Source of the DNA: Candidatus Palauibacter denitrificans
GTDB taxonomy: Bacteria; Gemmatimonadota; Gemmatimonadetes; Palauibacterales; Palauibacteraceae
Direction of reading: 5' to 3'
Length of the DNA: 60,439 bases
Assembly: GCA_009841015.1 (NCBI GenBank)
Contig: VXMQ01000105.1
Location: 1-60,439, forward strand
A program made the translations under genes and the position numbers. Below are positions 30,160 to 39,831 of this stretch, one piece after another. The notes under the pieces are model-generated. The model was not told where the DNA came from and did not search any database. It saw only the letters and a program-made list of their open reading frames with translations. Position 1 is the stretch's first letter. The number at the start of each line of letters is the position of its first letter.

Positions 30160-31298
30160 GCGGCAAGCGGACGGCATCGACACGGCAACGGTGGCTCATC
30201 GCCTTCGCCGCCTGTACGGGAATCCTGGTCATCCGTGCGGGAATTCCGCGGCCGGCGGCTGCCCAGGCGCTCCTGCCGATTGCGGACCGGGCGGGGGACT
30301 GCACGGTTCAACTCCGGGAAATCCTGCGTCTCGGCGACCCCGGCGACCCCGGCACGATCGGGAGCCGTCCGGAGATCACGCGGACAGCGGCGGGCGAATA
30401 CATCGTGGCGAGCGTGGAGAACCGCGGACAACTGCTCGTATTCGATTCGGGCGGCGCCTTCCTGGAGACCCTTGGAGGGAACGGAGACGGGCCCGGCGAG
30501 TATCGCGTCCCGGGCCGCATGCGTCCCGGATCCGATGGCAGCCTGCGGATCCTCGACCTCGTCAACCGCAGGATCACGCACGTGTCACCCGATGGAGGAT
30601 TGATCGAAACCACAGACATCCGAAGCCTTCACGGGCTCGATTTCGCGGTCATCGACCGTGGCGAGCGGTATGCCGTGGCCGGTTTCGGGCAGGTGGACGA
30701 CGTGCTCGGCGCGACGACCGAGATCGTCGATCGCGGCGGAGCACGGTCCTCCAGCCTCGGCGCCACCCCGGTGGAGTCGTGGGTCGTGAACTTCTTCCGC
30801 GCCCCGGTCGCGGTGGACGGGGAGGGCAGGGTGTGGACGACCCGGGCTGGGGAATACGGGTTCGAGGCGTGGGGTCCGCAGGGCGGGAGCGGGCCGCGCG
30901 TGCGCCTGGTGGGAGACCCGGAGTGGTTCGACCCCGGGCCGCCGCAGCCGGGGGCGCCCGTCTCGGCGCCGGCTCCCTCCATCGTCATCAGCCTTCGTTT
31001 CGACCGCGGTCTGTTGTGGGCGGGCACCTGGGTCGCCGACGAGGACCGAGAGGCGGGCGGCGGTGCCGCGCCGTCTCCCCTGGAACTCGACCGGCTCCTC
31101 GACACCGTCCTGGATGTGATCGATCCCGCCAGCGGAGCCCTCATCGCGCGTATTCGGCGCGACGAGGCGCTGCGGGGGACGGGCGATGACGCCCTCCTGT
31201 TCGGCGTTCGGGAGGACGGCGGCATCGCCCGCGCCGTCATCTTCGAGCCGGCTCTCGCCGGCCCCGCCTGCCCCTCCTCGATGTCGCCGGGGATGTGA
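30156..31298 (+). CDS. secreted beta-propeller-like hypothetical protein (NHL / 6-bladed-propeller-like GDGPGEY motif)
   Basis: ORF 30156..31298. N-terminal signal-like segment (WLIAFAACTGILVIRAGIPRPAAAQA), GGNGDGPGEY, and repeated short beta-strand/turn pattern. Family assignment is tentative. Confidence 0.55.
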   Translation: MSGKRTASTRQRWLIAFAACTGILVIRAGIPRPAAAQALLPIADRAGDCTVQLREILRLGDPGDPGTIGSRPEITRTAAGEYIVASVENRGQLLVFDSGGAFLETLGGNGDGPGEYRVPGRMRPGSDGSLRILDLVNRRITHVSPDGGLIETTDIRSLHGLDFAVIDRGERYAVAGFGQVDDVLGATTEIVDRGGARSSSLGATPVESWVVNFFRAPVAVDGEGRVWTTRAGEYGFEAWGPQGGSGPRVRLVGDPEWFDPGPPQPGAPVSAPAPSIVISLRFDRGLLWAGTWVADEDREAGGGAAPSPLELDRLLDTVLDVIDPASGALIARIRRDEALRGTGDDALLFGVREDGGIARAVIFEPALAGPACPSSMSPGM

Positions 31299-32441
31299 GC
31301 GCAGCCTCTTCCCGGATGGCCGAGCCGATCTTCGCGGCGGAGGGGTTCGCCAAGCGGTTCGGCGCCGCGGAGGTGCTCAGAGCCGCTTCGGTCCAGGCGT
31401 GGCCGGGGCGCGTCACGGTCCTCCTCGGGCGCAACGGCTCCGGAAAGAGCACGCTCCTGCGGCTGTGCCCTCGGGCTTCTCGCAGCGGAAACCGGCGCCG
31501 TCAGGTGGCGCGGCCGCGCAACGCTGCGCCCGCGGATCGCCCGCATGGCTCGCGAGGGTCTGTGCTTCGTGCCCGATGCGGGGCTGGCCGTTCCGCGTCG
31601 GCGCGTTCACGCCCACCTGACCACGCTGGCCGCGGCATTCCCGGAGGCTCGTCGACTGACCGACCTGGATCCACTCGACGTGTCCCCGCTCCTCGGCAGC
31701 CGGGTGCGCGAACTCTCGGGTGGGGAGCGGCGCCGCGTGGAACTCACGCTCGGACTTCTGCGCAACCCTCTGTGCCTGATCGCCGACGAGCCCCTCACCG
31801 GTCTGGCTCCGGCCGACCAGCAGCGGACGGTCCGGGCGCTGCGGGACGCGGCCGGACGTGGCGCGGCGGTGCTGGTCACGGGGCACGAGGTCGAACTGCT
31901 CATGCAGGCCGCGGACGAGGTGGTCTGGATCACGGCGGGAGGGACACGCGTCACGGGAACCCCGGAACAGACCTGGAGACATCCCGAGTTTGTCCGGGAC
32001 TACCTCGGCCGCCGCGGCCGAACGGAGCTGGAAACGGCCTCGAAGCCGCATCCGGCGGACCCGGACCGCAGTCGGGCCGGAGACGTCGGCTCCGGGGTCT
32101 CCCCGGCGCGCCGGTCGAGCCGCGTGTGCCGCATCTGGCTGCCGATGGCCGGCTCTGCGGTGGCGATCTGGATCATCGTCCGGCTCGTGATGGCCGCGTT
32201 CGGGGCGGCGGTGGGCACGCCCCTGCGTGCGGGGGACGGCACGCCGTCCCTGTGGGCCGCGGGCGTCACCATACCTGTCGTCGGGGTATGCGTCCTTCTC
32301 TCGTGGATCGACCATCTCCGGCGGGGCGAGGGCGCGTTCCTGTCCACCCTCGGAGTCGGCCGCGGTCCCCCGTTCATCGCCTGGACCGCGACCTGCCTTG
32401 CCCTGGAGATGGCGGCTGCCGCCGTTCTCGCCGCCCTGTGA
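31295..32441 (+). pseudogene. ABC transporter ATP-binding protein with C-terminal membrane domain, interrupted by a 1-nt frameshift near 31466
   Basis: The frame of ORF 31295 gives the N-terminus and Walker A (LLGRNGSGKSTLLRL) and then degenerates into Arg-rich text. The frame of ORF 31545..32441 read backwards gives ..LGLLAAETGAVRWRGRATLRPRIARMAREGLCFVPD, then the signature LSGGERRRV, Walker B LIADEP, H-loop TGHE, and about 3 predicted TM helices. The two frames join if one base in 31466..31469 is removed. Confidence 0.6.
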
Positions 32442-32478
32442 GCGGACGGGTAATCCGGGTGCCGCGTGGCGCCGCACC

Positions 32479-32507
32479 TTTACAGCCACGCGTGCCGATT
32501 CTAGTTT
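32479..32507 (+). promoter_or_regulatory. candidate sigma70-type promoter for rpsO-pnp
   Basis: TTTACA (32479..32484), 17-nt spacer, TAGTTT (32502..32507), inside a locally AT-richer patch about 100 nt upstream of rpsO. Pattern match only; promoter consensus for this lineage is unknown. Confidence 0.25.
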
Positions 32508-32606
32508 GATGGACTGTATGTGAAACGGCACGGCGGGGGCTTCGCCATCTTGCCGGTCGCTCCGCGGGCTGAAGCGGGGCGGCGGATCGAGGGACAATAG
32601 AGAGAC

Positions 32607-32870
32607 GTGGAAAAAACAGAGAAGCAGGGAATCATAGAAAAGTTCTCGCGGCGCGAGAACGACCAGGGGTCGGCTCCGGTGCAAATTGCACTGCTCACGG
32701 CTCGCATCGAGGAGTTGACCGGGCATTTCCGGGATCATCCCAAGGATCATCACAGTCGACGCGGACTGCTGAAGATGGTTGGCCGGCGTCGTCGACTGTT
32801 GAACTACCTCCGCCGGACGGATCTCGACCGCTACCGAACGGTCATCGAGGAGCTCGGGCTACGCCGTTGA
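32607..32870 (+). CDS. rpsO: 30S ribosomal protein S15
   Basis: ORF 32607..32870 (GTG). ..[50 protein letters not shown]. Confidence 0.95.
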   Translation: MEKTEKQGIIEKFSRRENDQGSAPVQIALLTARIEELTGHFRDHPKDHHSRRGLLKMVGRRRRLLNYLRRTDLDRYRTVIEELGLRR

Positions 32871-32972
32871 GGCGCCGCCCCGCTGCCCAGCCTCCGCCTC
32901 CGCCGGCCCGCATCGTCGGGCCTCCCGTCCTCCTTCCCTCGTACGGTCCCGGATCCTCCCAGCCGGGGCGCT

Positions 32973-33014
32973 GAATCGAAGAAGCCGAATCGAAGAAGCC
33001 AAATCGAAGAAGCC
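32973..33014 (+). repeat. 3 x 14-nt perfect/near-perfect tandem repeat (GAATCGAAGAAGCC) in the rpsO-pnp intergenic leader
   Basis: Direct reading: gaatcgaagaagcc gaatcgaagaagcc aaatcgaagaagcc. Non-coding (between the rpsO stop at 32870 and the pnp ATG at 33122). Confidence 0.85.
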
Positions 33015-33098
33015 AATGCAAGGTTGAGAAGGCATTTCATGAACGTCCGGCCTGACGAACGGCCGACGCGGCGCGCGGAACCCCGCGGCGCCACACCC

Positions 33099-33120
33099 GA
33101 AGAAAGAAGAGAAAAAAAAG
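33099..33120 (+). promoter_or_regulatory. 22-nt all-purine tract (GAAGAAAGAAGAGAAAAAAAAG) abutting the pnp start codon
   Basis: Direct reading. It ends 1 nt before ATG 33122 and is preceded by a bulged 9-bp GC hairpin (about 33066..33092). It probably contains the ribosome-binding region. Confidence 0.5.
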
Positions 33121-33121
33121 C

Positions 33122-35212
33122 ATGACACACCGAATTGAAACCGAATTCCACGGACGGCCCCTGATCCTCGAGACGGGCAGAATGGCCCGGCAGGCCGATG
33201 GCGCCGTCTATGTGCAGTACGGGGAGACCGCAGTGCTCGTGACCGCCACGGCGGACCGCAAGCCCACGCATCTTCCCTTCTTTCCTCTCACGGTCGAGTA
33301 CCGCGAGAAGACCTACGCCGCCGGCAAGTTCCCCGGCGGGTTCATCAAGCGGGAGACGCGGCCCGGCGAGAAGGAGACGATCTCGGCGCGGCAGATCGAC
33401 CGGCCGCTTCGGCCGCTCTTCCCCGCGGATTATCGCAACGACACCCAGGTCGTCTGTTTCATCATCTCCGCGGACCAGGAGAACGACGCGGACGTCATCG
33501 GCATGCTCGGGGCGTCGACGGCCCTCCTCCTGTCCCCGATCCCGTGGGACGGGCCGGTCGCCGGCGTGCGGGTTGCCCGCCGCGAAGGCGAGTGGCTCGT
33601 CAACCCGACCTTCGATGACCTCGAGATGTGCGACCTGGAGATCGTCGTCGCCGGCTCCGATGATTCGATCGTGATGGTCGAGGGCGCGTGCCTGGAGGCC
33701 ACCGAGGATGAGTTCCTCGAGGCGATGCAGGTCGGACAGAAGGCCATCGCCGATCTGATCGGGCTCCAGCGCGAGCTGGTCCGGATGGCCGGGGCCGCGG
33801 AGACGTTCGAGTACGAGCCCGTCGGGCCCGATCCCGAAGTCGTGGCGAAGGTCACGGACCTGGCGGCCGGGCGCGTGGGTGACGCGCTGCGGATCGCGGA
33901 CAAGGAGGAGCGCGGACGCGCCCTGTCCGCCCTGCGCGCGGAGGTGGCGGCGCGACTCGAGGCGGAGCATCCGGACTGCGCCGGGGACGTAGGCGCTGCT
34001 CTGCGAAAGCTGGAGAAGGAGACGATGCGCCGGCGCATCCTCGAGGATGGCGAACGGATCGACGGCCGCGGCATGAACGACGTCCGCGACATCACGTGCG
34101 AGGTCGGCCTCCTGCCGCGAACGCACGGTTCGGCGCTCTTCACGCGGGGGCAGACGCAGGCGCTCGCGGTGACCACGCTCGGGACGGTGCGCGACGAGCA
34201 GCGAATCGACTCCGTCGATGTGCGCGAGGAAACCTCGAAGTCCTTCATGCTCCACTACAACTTCCCCGGCTTTTCCACGGGCGAAGTGCGAATGTTCCGG
34301 GGTACGAGCCGCCGCGAGACGGGACACGGAATGCTGGCTGAGCGCGCGCTTCAGGCTCTCCTCCCGGCATACGAGGATTTCCCGTACACGATCCGCGTCG
34401 TCTCCGATATCCTGGAATCGAACGGGTCGAGTTCGATGGCTTCCGTCTGCGGCGGATCGCTCTCCCTCATGGATGCCGGAGTGCCGATGCGGGCCCCATG
34501 CGCGGGTATTGCGATGGGGCTCATCAAGGAGGGGGACCAGGTCGAGATCCTCACCGACATCCTCGGCGTGGAGGATGCCCTCGGTGACATGGACTTCAAG
34601 GTCGCCGGGACGGAGCGGGGGATCACGGCCGTCCAGATGGACATCAAGGCCGACGGACTCTCCGTCGACACGCTGCGGGAGGCCCTGGCCCGGGCGCGCG
34701 ATGCCCGGCTGCGAATCCTCGCGGCGATGAACGAGACGCTCGAAGCGGCGCGCGAGGAGATGTCGCCGCACGCGCCGCGGATCGTCACCCTGCAGATCAA
34801 CCCCCAGAAGATCGGCGAGGTCATCGGGCCGAAGGGGAAGACGATCCGGATGATTCAGGAGGAGACGGGCACGGAGGTCAACATCGACGATTCGGGCACG
34901 GTCACCATCGCGGCGCCCTCGGGCGCGGGTGCGCAGCATGCGCGCGAGATGGTGGAAGGCATCGTTCAGGAGCCGGAGGTCGGGCGGATCTATCGCGGCG
35001 TCGTGAAGAACACGACGGACTTCGGCGCCTTCGTCGAGATCATCCCCGGCGTCGAGGGCCTGTGCCACATCTCGGAACTCGAGGAAGGCCGCACCGCCAA
35101 GACGGAGGACGTGGTGAGCCCGGGCGACGAGGTGAAGGTGAAGCTGCTCGCCGTGGATGACCGCGGCCGCCTCAAGCTCTCGCGGCGCGCGGCCCTCGCC
35201 CCCGCCGAGTAG
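33122..35212 (+). CDS. pnp: polyribonucleotide nucleotidyltransferase (PNPase)
   Basis: ORF 33122..35212. [37 protein letters not shown] (IGPKGKTIR), S1 ([13 protein letters not shown]). Confidence 0.97.
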   Translation: MTHRIETEFHGRPLILETGRMARQADGAVYVQYGETAVLVTATADRKPTHLPFFPLTVEYREKTYAAGKFPGGFIKRETRPGEKETISARQIDRPLRPLFPADYRNDTQVVCFIISADQENDADVIGMLGASTALLLSPIPWDGPVAGVRVARREGEWLVNPTFDDLEMCDLEIVVAGSDDSIVMVEGACLEATEDEFLEAMQVGQKAIADLIGLQRELVRMAGAAETFEYEPVGPDPEVVAKVTDLAAGRVGDALRIADKEERGRALSALRAEVAARLEAEHPDCAGDVGAALRKLEKETMRRRILEDGERIDGRGMNDVRDITCEVGLLPRTHGSALFTRGQTQALAVTTLGTVRDEQRIDSVDVREETSKSFMLHYNFPGFSTGEVRMFRGTSRRETGHGMLAERALQALLPAYEDFPYTIRVVSDILESNGSSSMASVCGGSLSLMDAGVPMRAPCAGIAMGLIKEGDQVEILTDILGVEDALGDMDFKVAGTERGITAVQMDIKADGLSVDTLREALARARDARLRILAAMNETLEAAREEMSPHAPRIVTLQINPQKIGEVIGPKGKTIRMIQEETGTEVNIDDSGTVTIAAPSGAGAQHAREMVEGIVQEPEVGRIYRGVVKNTTDFGAFVEIIPGVEGLCHISELEEGRTAKTEDVVSPGDEVKVKLLAVDDRGRLKLSRRAALAPAE

Positions 35213-35230
35213 GCCTGACCACGTCGCATC

Positions 35231-35254
35231 CCGGCCCGCCTGCGCGCGGGCCGG
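35231..35254 (+). terminator. strong GC hairpin 19 nt after the pnp stop (no T-tract; terminator or processing/stabiliser hairpin)
   Basis: CCGGCCCGC-ctgcgc-GCGGGCCGG, a 9-bp perfect stem. Confidence 0.3.
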
Positions 35255-35304
35255 CCCGGGACCTGCGGCCGGCTGGCGGGATCGGAGGCCGGCTCGACCG
35301 GGAG

Positions 35305-36555
35305 GTGTACCGAACCTGCCTCCCGGATGGCCCCATCGTGCTCAGCGAGCGCATGGATTCCGTGCGCTCCGTCGCCATCGGCCTCTGGGTACGGCAGGGC
35401 CGCGTTCATGAGGATGCCGAACACGGCGGCGCATCCCATCTGCTCGAGCACATGGTCTTCAAGGGGACGCACCGGCGTTCCGCGCGCGACCTCGCTTGGG
35501 AGCTGGAGCGGCTCGGCGGCGCGCTGGACGCGTATACGACCCACGAGTTCACCGCGTTCCAGGCGCGTGTACCGGCGGGGGCACTCGGCGTCGCGCTCGA
35601 CGTGCTGTGCGACCTCGCCTTCTATCCGCGGCTCTCCGGACAGGATCTGGACGTGGAACGCGAGGTCGTGCTGGAAGAGATCGCCGCCGCGGCGGAAGTC
35701 CCGGAGGACATCGTCTTCGAAGAGCACGCGCGCGCTCTCTACGGCGGGCATCCTTACGGCGAACCGATCCTCGGCACCCGCGCGTCGGTGCAGGCCCTCC
35801 CGGTGTCGGCGCTGGCCGAAGTGCACGATCGCGCGTACCGGCCGGGGAACGTGGTCGTGGCGGCGGCGGGAGCGGTGGAGCACGAGGATCTCGTGGAGGG
35901 CCTGGCCCGCTGGCTCCCGCGCCGGGCCGCGGCCCCCGCGCCCGTCGACCCGCCGGCGCCGGTCGGCGAATCGGGCTTCCGGCGCATGCGACGCGAAGGC
36001 GGCCGGCAGACGCACATCGTGACGGGAGGACTCTCCGTCCCGTACCGCGACCCCCTTCGCTACGCCATCCATGTCACGGCGACCGCCCTCGGGGGCGGAA
36101 TGAGTTCGCGGCTCTTCCAGAGAATCCGGGAAACGCGCGGTCTCGCCTACGCGGTCTACAGCTTCCACGGGTTCCACGCGCAGGCGGGCCATGTCGGCGC
36201 CTATGTCGGGACCCGCCCCGAGACCGCGGAGGAGGCGCGCGAGGCGGTGGAGGGGGAACTCGCCCTTCTGGCGCGGGAGGGATTGACCCGCCAGGAGCTG
36301 GACGACACTCGCAGTCAGTTGAAGGGACAGTTTCTGATCTCGCTCGAATCACCGGCGAGCCGAATGAACCGGCTTGCCGGCGTCGCCCTCTACGGCCACG
36401 AGTATCGCACCCTGGACGAGGTCGCGGCGAGAATCGATGCGGTCGACCGAGCGCAATGTCTCGAAGCGGCCGCATACTTCGCACCCGCACGGCTCGCGAC
36501 CCTCGAGCTGGCGCCCGGCCATGCGCCGGGGCGCACCGCAACGGACGTGCACTGA
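35305..36555 (+). CDS. M16 family (pitrilysin/insulinase-like) zinc peptidase
   Basis: ORF 35305..36555. HxxEH zinc motif in [14 protein letters not shown]. The position after pnp is common in many bacteria. Confidence 0.85.
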   Translation: MYRTCLPDGPIVLSERMDSVRSVAIGLWVRQGRVHEDAEHGGASHLLEHMVFKGTHRRSARDLAWELERLGGALDAYTTHEFTAFQARVPAGALGVALDVLCDLAFYPRLSGQDLDVEREVVLEEIAAAAEVPEDIVFEEHARALYGGHPYGEPILGTRASVQALPVSALAEVHDRAYRPGNVVVAAAGAVEHEDLVEGLARWLPRRAAAPAPVDPPAPVGESGFRRMRREGGRQTHIVTGGLSVPYRDPLRYAIHVTATALGGGMSSRLFQRIRETRGLAYAVYSFHGFHAQAGHVGAYVGTRPETAEEAREAVEGELALLAREGLTRQELDDTRSQLKGQFLISLESPASRMNRLAGVALYGHEYRTLDEVAARIDAVDRAQCLEAAAYFAPARLATLELAPGHAPGRTATDVH

Positions 36556-36577
36556 GCGTCCCCCGGGAGGGAACGAA

Positions 36578-37693
36578 ATGATCGTTGGCGTACCGAAGGA
36601 GATAAAGGCGGACGAGAGTCGTGTAGCCCTCGTTCCGGCCGGCGCGACGGCGCTCGTGGCTGCCGGGCACACGGTGTGCGTCGAACGCGATGCGGGCCTG
36701 CGCAGCGGCTTTCCGGATGACATGTACATCGCTGCGGGGGCCGAGGTGCTGGATTCGGCGGATCGGGTATGGGGCCGGGCCGAACTCATCGTCAAGGTCA
36801 AGGAGCCCATCGAATCCGAATATTCCCGGATGCGGCCCGGCCAGGTCATCTTCACCTACTTCCACTTCGCGGCCGACGAAAGCCTCACGCACCGGACGCT
36901 GGAGAGCGGCTCCGTAGCGATCGCCTACGAGACGGTCCAGCTTCCGACGGGCGAACTCCCGCTCCTCACGCCGATGTCCGAGGTGGCGGGGCGGATGGCG
37001 ATCCAGCAGGCGGCCAAGAACCTGGAGCGCATCGCGGGCGGGTACGGGATCCTGCTCGGCGGCGTGCCGGGAGTGCTTCCGGCCGAGGTCGTCATCCTCG
37101 GCGGAGGGGTCGTGGGCGCGAACGCGGCAACGATCGCGGCGGGTTTCGGCGCCCACGTGACGGTGCTCGACGTCAATCTCCCCCGTCTCCGGTACCTCGC
37201 GGAGGTCATGCCCGCCAACGTGGATACGCTCTATTCGAACCGCCACTCGATCCTCGAGCAGATCGAACGCGCGGACGTCGTGATCGGCGCCGTGCTCGTC
37301 CCCGGCGGGAAGGCGCCGAAGCTCGTGCGGCACGACGACCTGCGGCGGATGAAGGACGGTTCCGTGATCGTCGACGTGGCCGTGGATCAGGGCGGCTGCG
37401 TGGAGTCCGCGCGCCCGACCACGCACAACGACCCCACCTACACCGTCCACGGGGTCATTCACTACTGCGTGGCGAACATGCCGGGGGCCGTCCCGAGGAC
37501 CTCAACCCTGGCCCTGACGAACGCGACGTTCCCCTACCTCCTGCACCTCGCGAATCGCGGGTGGAAGGTGGCATGCCGCGAGGATCCGGACCTCGCCCTG
37601 GGGGTCAACATCGCGGGAGGACGGGTCACGTACGAGGCCGTCGCACAGGCGTTCGATCTCGAATACACGCCCCTCGAGGCGCACTCCGCGTGA
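36578..37693 (+). CDS. ald: alanine dehydrogenase
   Basis: C-terminal 371 codons of ORF 36374..37693, from MIVGVPKEIKADESRVALVPAG. NAD fold [23 protein letters not shown] lies upstream of the ATG. Confidence 0.92.
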   Translation: MIVGVPKEIKADESRVALVPAGATALVAAGHTVCVERDAGLRSGFPDDMYIAAGAEVLDSADRVWGRAELIVKVKEPIESEYSRMRPGQVIFTYFHFAADESLTHRTLESGSVAIAYETVQLPTGELPLLTPMSEVAGRMAIQQAAKNLERIAGGYGILLGGVPGVLPAEVVILGGGVVGANAATIAAGFGAHVTVLDVNLPRLRYLAEVMPANVDTLYSNRHSILEQIERADVVIGAVLVPGGKAPKLVRHDDLRRMKDGSVIVDVAVDQGGCVESARPTTHNDPTYTVHGVIHYCVANMPGAVPRTSTLALTNATFPYLLHLANRGWKVACREDPDLALGVNIAGGRVTYEAVAQAFDLEYTPLEAHSA

Positions 37694-37875
37694 GTCCGGG
37701 CGGCCGGGAGCGAGCGGCTGCGCGGGGCGACTTTCCTGTGTCCGAAAGTACGTTTACATTTCGGCGTCCTTCACCCGGACTGGCAGTTTCCGGTACGATT
37801 CGCCCCCTTGGAGGTGTCCCGCCCGTGTCCTTCAGCCCACCGATCCCGAGCCGGCCCGGAAGGGCGGCCTGCTAG

Positions 37876-38910
37876 ATGGGGAAGTGGTCGCTGCGGGGTA
37901 ACTTCCTGCCGATCAGCAAGATCGGAGTGGACCTGGGGACCGCGAACACCCTCGTACACGTCGAAGGCGAGGGCATTGTCCTCAACGAACCGTCCGTCGT
38001 CGCGGTCCGGAAGGAAACCGGCCGCATCGAAGGGATCGGCCTCGCCGCCAAGCGCATGCTCGGCCGCACGCCGAGCGGGATCGAAGCGGTCCGGCCGCTG
38101 AAGGATGGGGTCATCGCCGACGTGGACATCACCGAGATGATGATCCGCTACTTCCTCAAGGAAGTGATGACCACGCGGCTCTTCAAGATCCGGCCCCTCG
38201 TCGTGGTTGGCGTGCCGTCCGGCATCACTGAACTCGAACGACGGGCCGTCCGGTCCAGCGCGCACGCCGCCGGCGCCAAGGAAGTCTACATGGTGGCGGA
38301 ACCGATGGCGGCGGCCGTCGGCGTGGGACTGCCGGTGGAGACGCCGACGGGCAACATGATCATCGATGTCGGGGGCGGGACGAGCGAGATCGCGGTGATC
38401 GCGCTTTCGGGATCTGTCGCGGACACGTCGATCCGGGTCGGCGGCGACGAGCTGGATTCCACGATCGTCTCCTTCCTCCGCAAGAAATACAACCTCCTCA
38501 TCGGCGAGCCGACGGCCGAAGCCGTCAAGATCCAGATCGGATCGGCCTATCCTACGGACGACGACAAGGAGATGCTGGTCAAGGGGCGGGATCTCGTCTC
38601 CGGGATTCCGAAGACCGTGCGGGTCCATTCGGCTGAGGTCCGCGAGTGCCTCCAGGAGCCGATCCAGCAGATCGTTGCCGCGGTGCGGCGGGCGCTCGAG
38701 ATTACGCCGCCGGAACTTGCCTCCGATATCGTAGACCGGGGCGTCGTCATGACCGGGGGCGGCGCCCTCGTACGGGGGCTGGATACGCTGCTGGGCGAAG
38801 AAACGGGGCTCCCGATCCACGTCGATGCGGAACCGCTTACCTGCGTCGTTCGGGGCTGCGGGAAGATCCTCGAGGAATTCGGACGGTATCGTGGAGTCCT
38901 CACGAGTTGA
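37876..38910 (+). CDS. mreB: rod shape-determining protein MreB
   Basis: ORF 37876..38910. Motifs: GVDLGTANT, IDVGGGTSEIAV, VMTGGGALVRGLD. Confidence 0.95.
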   Translation: MGKWSLRGNFLPISKIGVDLGTANTLVHVEGEGIVLNEPSVVAVRKETGRIEGIGLAAKRMLGRTPSGIEAVRPLKDGVIADVDITEMMIRYFLKEVMTTRLFKIRPLVVVGVPSGITELERRAVRSSAHAAGAKEVYMVAEPMAAAVGVGLPVETPTGNMIIDVGGGTSEIAVIALSGSVADTSIRVGGDELDSTIVSFLRKKYNLLIGEPTAEAVKIQIGSAYPTDDDKEMLVKGRDLVSGIPKTVRVHSAEVRECLQEPIQQIVAAVRRALEITPPELASDIVDRGVVMTGGGALVRGLDTLLGEETGLPIHVDAEPLTCVVRGCGKILEEFGRYRGVLTS

Positions 38911-38937
38911 CGCCGAGTCCCTGCTGAATCGCCGCCC

Positions 38938-39831
38938 GTGAGTGTTCAGGGCGTCCGGCCGCCGGGTCGCGGGCCACTCGATGTCTTCGTCTTTTCCGTC
39001 GCCCTCATCCTCAGCGGCGTCGCCGCGGGTCTGCCCAGCGCACAGCAGAGCCAGGTGGAGTCCGCGATCCGTGCCACCGCGCTCTACCCGTTCCTGCTGC
39101 TCCATCGCCTCGCCGCCGAGCGGGGCCAGGTCCAGAGCCGCGTCGAGGGCCTGCTGGCGGAGCGGGACTCCCTGACGGAACTCCTGCTGCGCTACCGGGA
39201 GCGCCCGACGCCGGTCGAGGACGCGTCGCCCGAGAGGGATCTCGGGGGTCTCCCCGCCGGTTCGGTCGCGCCGGCGGTCGTCTACCCGGGACGCCCCCGT
39301 GTCGGCAATCCCGACCTGTTCGTGTTGTCGGGACCCGATTTCCGGGATCGTGAGTTTCCTGTCGGCGTCTTCACCGGCATCGGGCTGGTCGGTGTCGTGA
39401 GAGCCGCGCACGGACTGGGCGGACGGGGCGAGTTCTGGAGCCATCCCGACTTTCGGGTCAGCGTGCTGGCCGAAGGGGAGGCCGTGTCGGGCTTCGTGCG
39501 GCCGCTGCGCGCGGACGGAGGGCAACCGGTGCTCCTCCTCGAGGGTGCGCCATTCCAGGCGGACATACCGGTCGGAACCCTCCTCGTCACGACCGGTATC
39601 GCCGGTGTCTATCCGCCGGGCGTGCCGGTGGGGCGCATCCGCGAACCCGGCGAGCCGGAGGCGGGCTGGATGAAGCGCTACATCGTCGAGCCCTCCGTGC
39701 GTCCCGAAGAAGTCAGGGACGTGTTCGTGTGGAATCGGCCGGCGCTGCCGGCAGATGTCGAGGCGGACACCGCGTCCGCTCCGGTGGAACCCGGGCCTGC
39801 ACCGGCGGACACGGCTGCGGCACGTCGATGA
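38938..39831 (+). CDS. mreC: rod shape-determining protein MreC
   Basis: ORF 38938..39831. N-terminal TM helix, a coiled coil, and a beta-rich C-terminal domain (VTTGIAGVYPPGVPVGRI). Position between mreB and mreD. Confidence 0.75.
   Translation: MSVQGVRPPGRGPLDVFVFSVALILSGVAAGLPSAQQSQVESAIRATALYPFLLLHRLAAERGQVQSRVEGLLAERDSLTELLLRYRERPTPVEDASPERDLGGLPAGSVAPAVVYPGRPRVGNPDLFVLSGPDFRDREFPVGVFTGIGLVGVVRAAHGLGGRGEFWSHPDFRVSVLAEGEAVSGFVRPLRADGGQPVLLLEGAPFQADIPVGTLLVTTGIAGVYPPGVPVGRIREPGEPEAGWMKRYIVEPSVRPEEVRDVFVWNRPALPADVEADTASAPVEPGPAPADTAAARR

Noticed and set aside
31470-32509. The 404-aa ORF 31295..32509 taken at face value as one protein.
   Set aside because: After the Walker A motif its translation becomes Arg/Gly/Pro-rich nonsense. 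All remaining ABC motifs are in the +1 frame (ORF 31545..32441). It is interpreted as a frameshifted gene.
32973-33014. The 14-nt tandem repeat as a CRISPR array or minisatellite of mobile origin.
   Set aside because: The units are directly adjacent with no spacers. There are only three copies, no cas genes, and no flanking inverted repeats. It sits in an mRNA leader.
37742-37764. AT-richer hairpin CCGAAA-gtacgtttaca-TTTCGG upstream of mreB, considered as an ncRNA or terminator.
   Set aside because: It is short, has no T-tract, and has no recognisable ncRNA family features. It is most likely part of the mreB promoter/leader.
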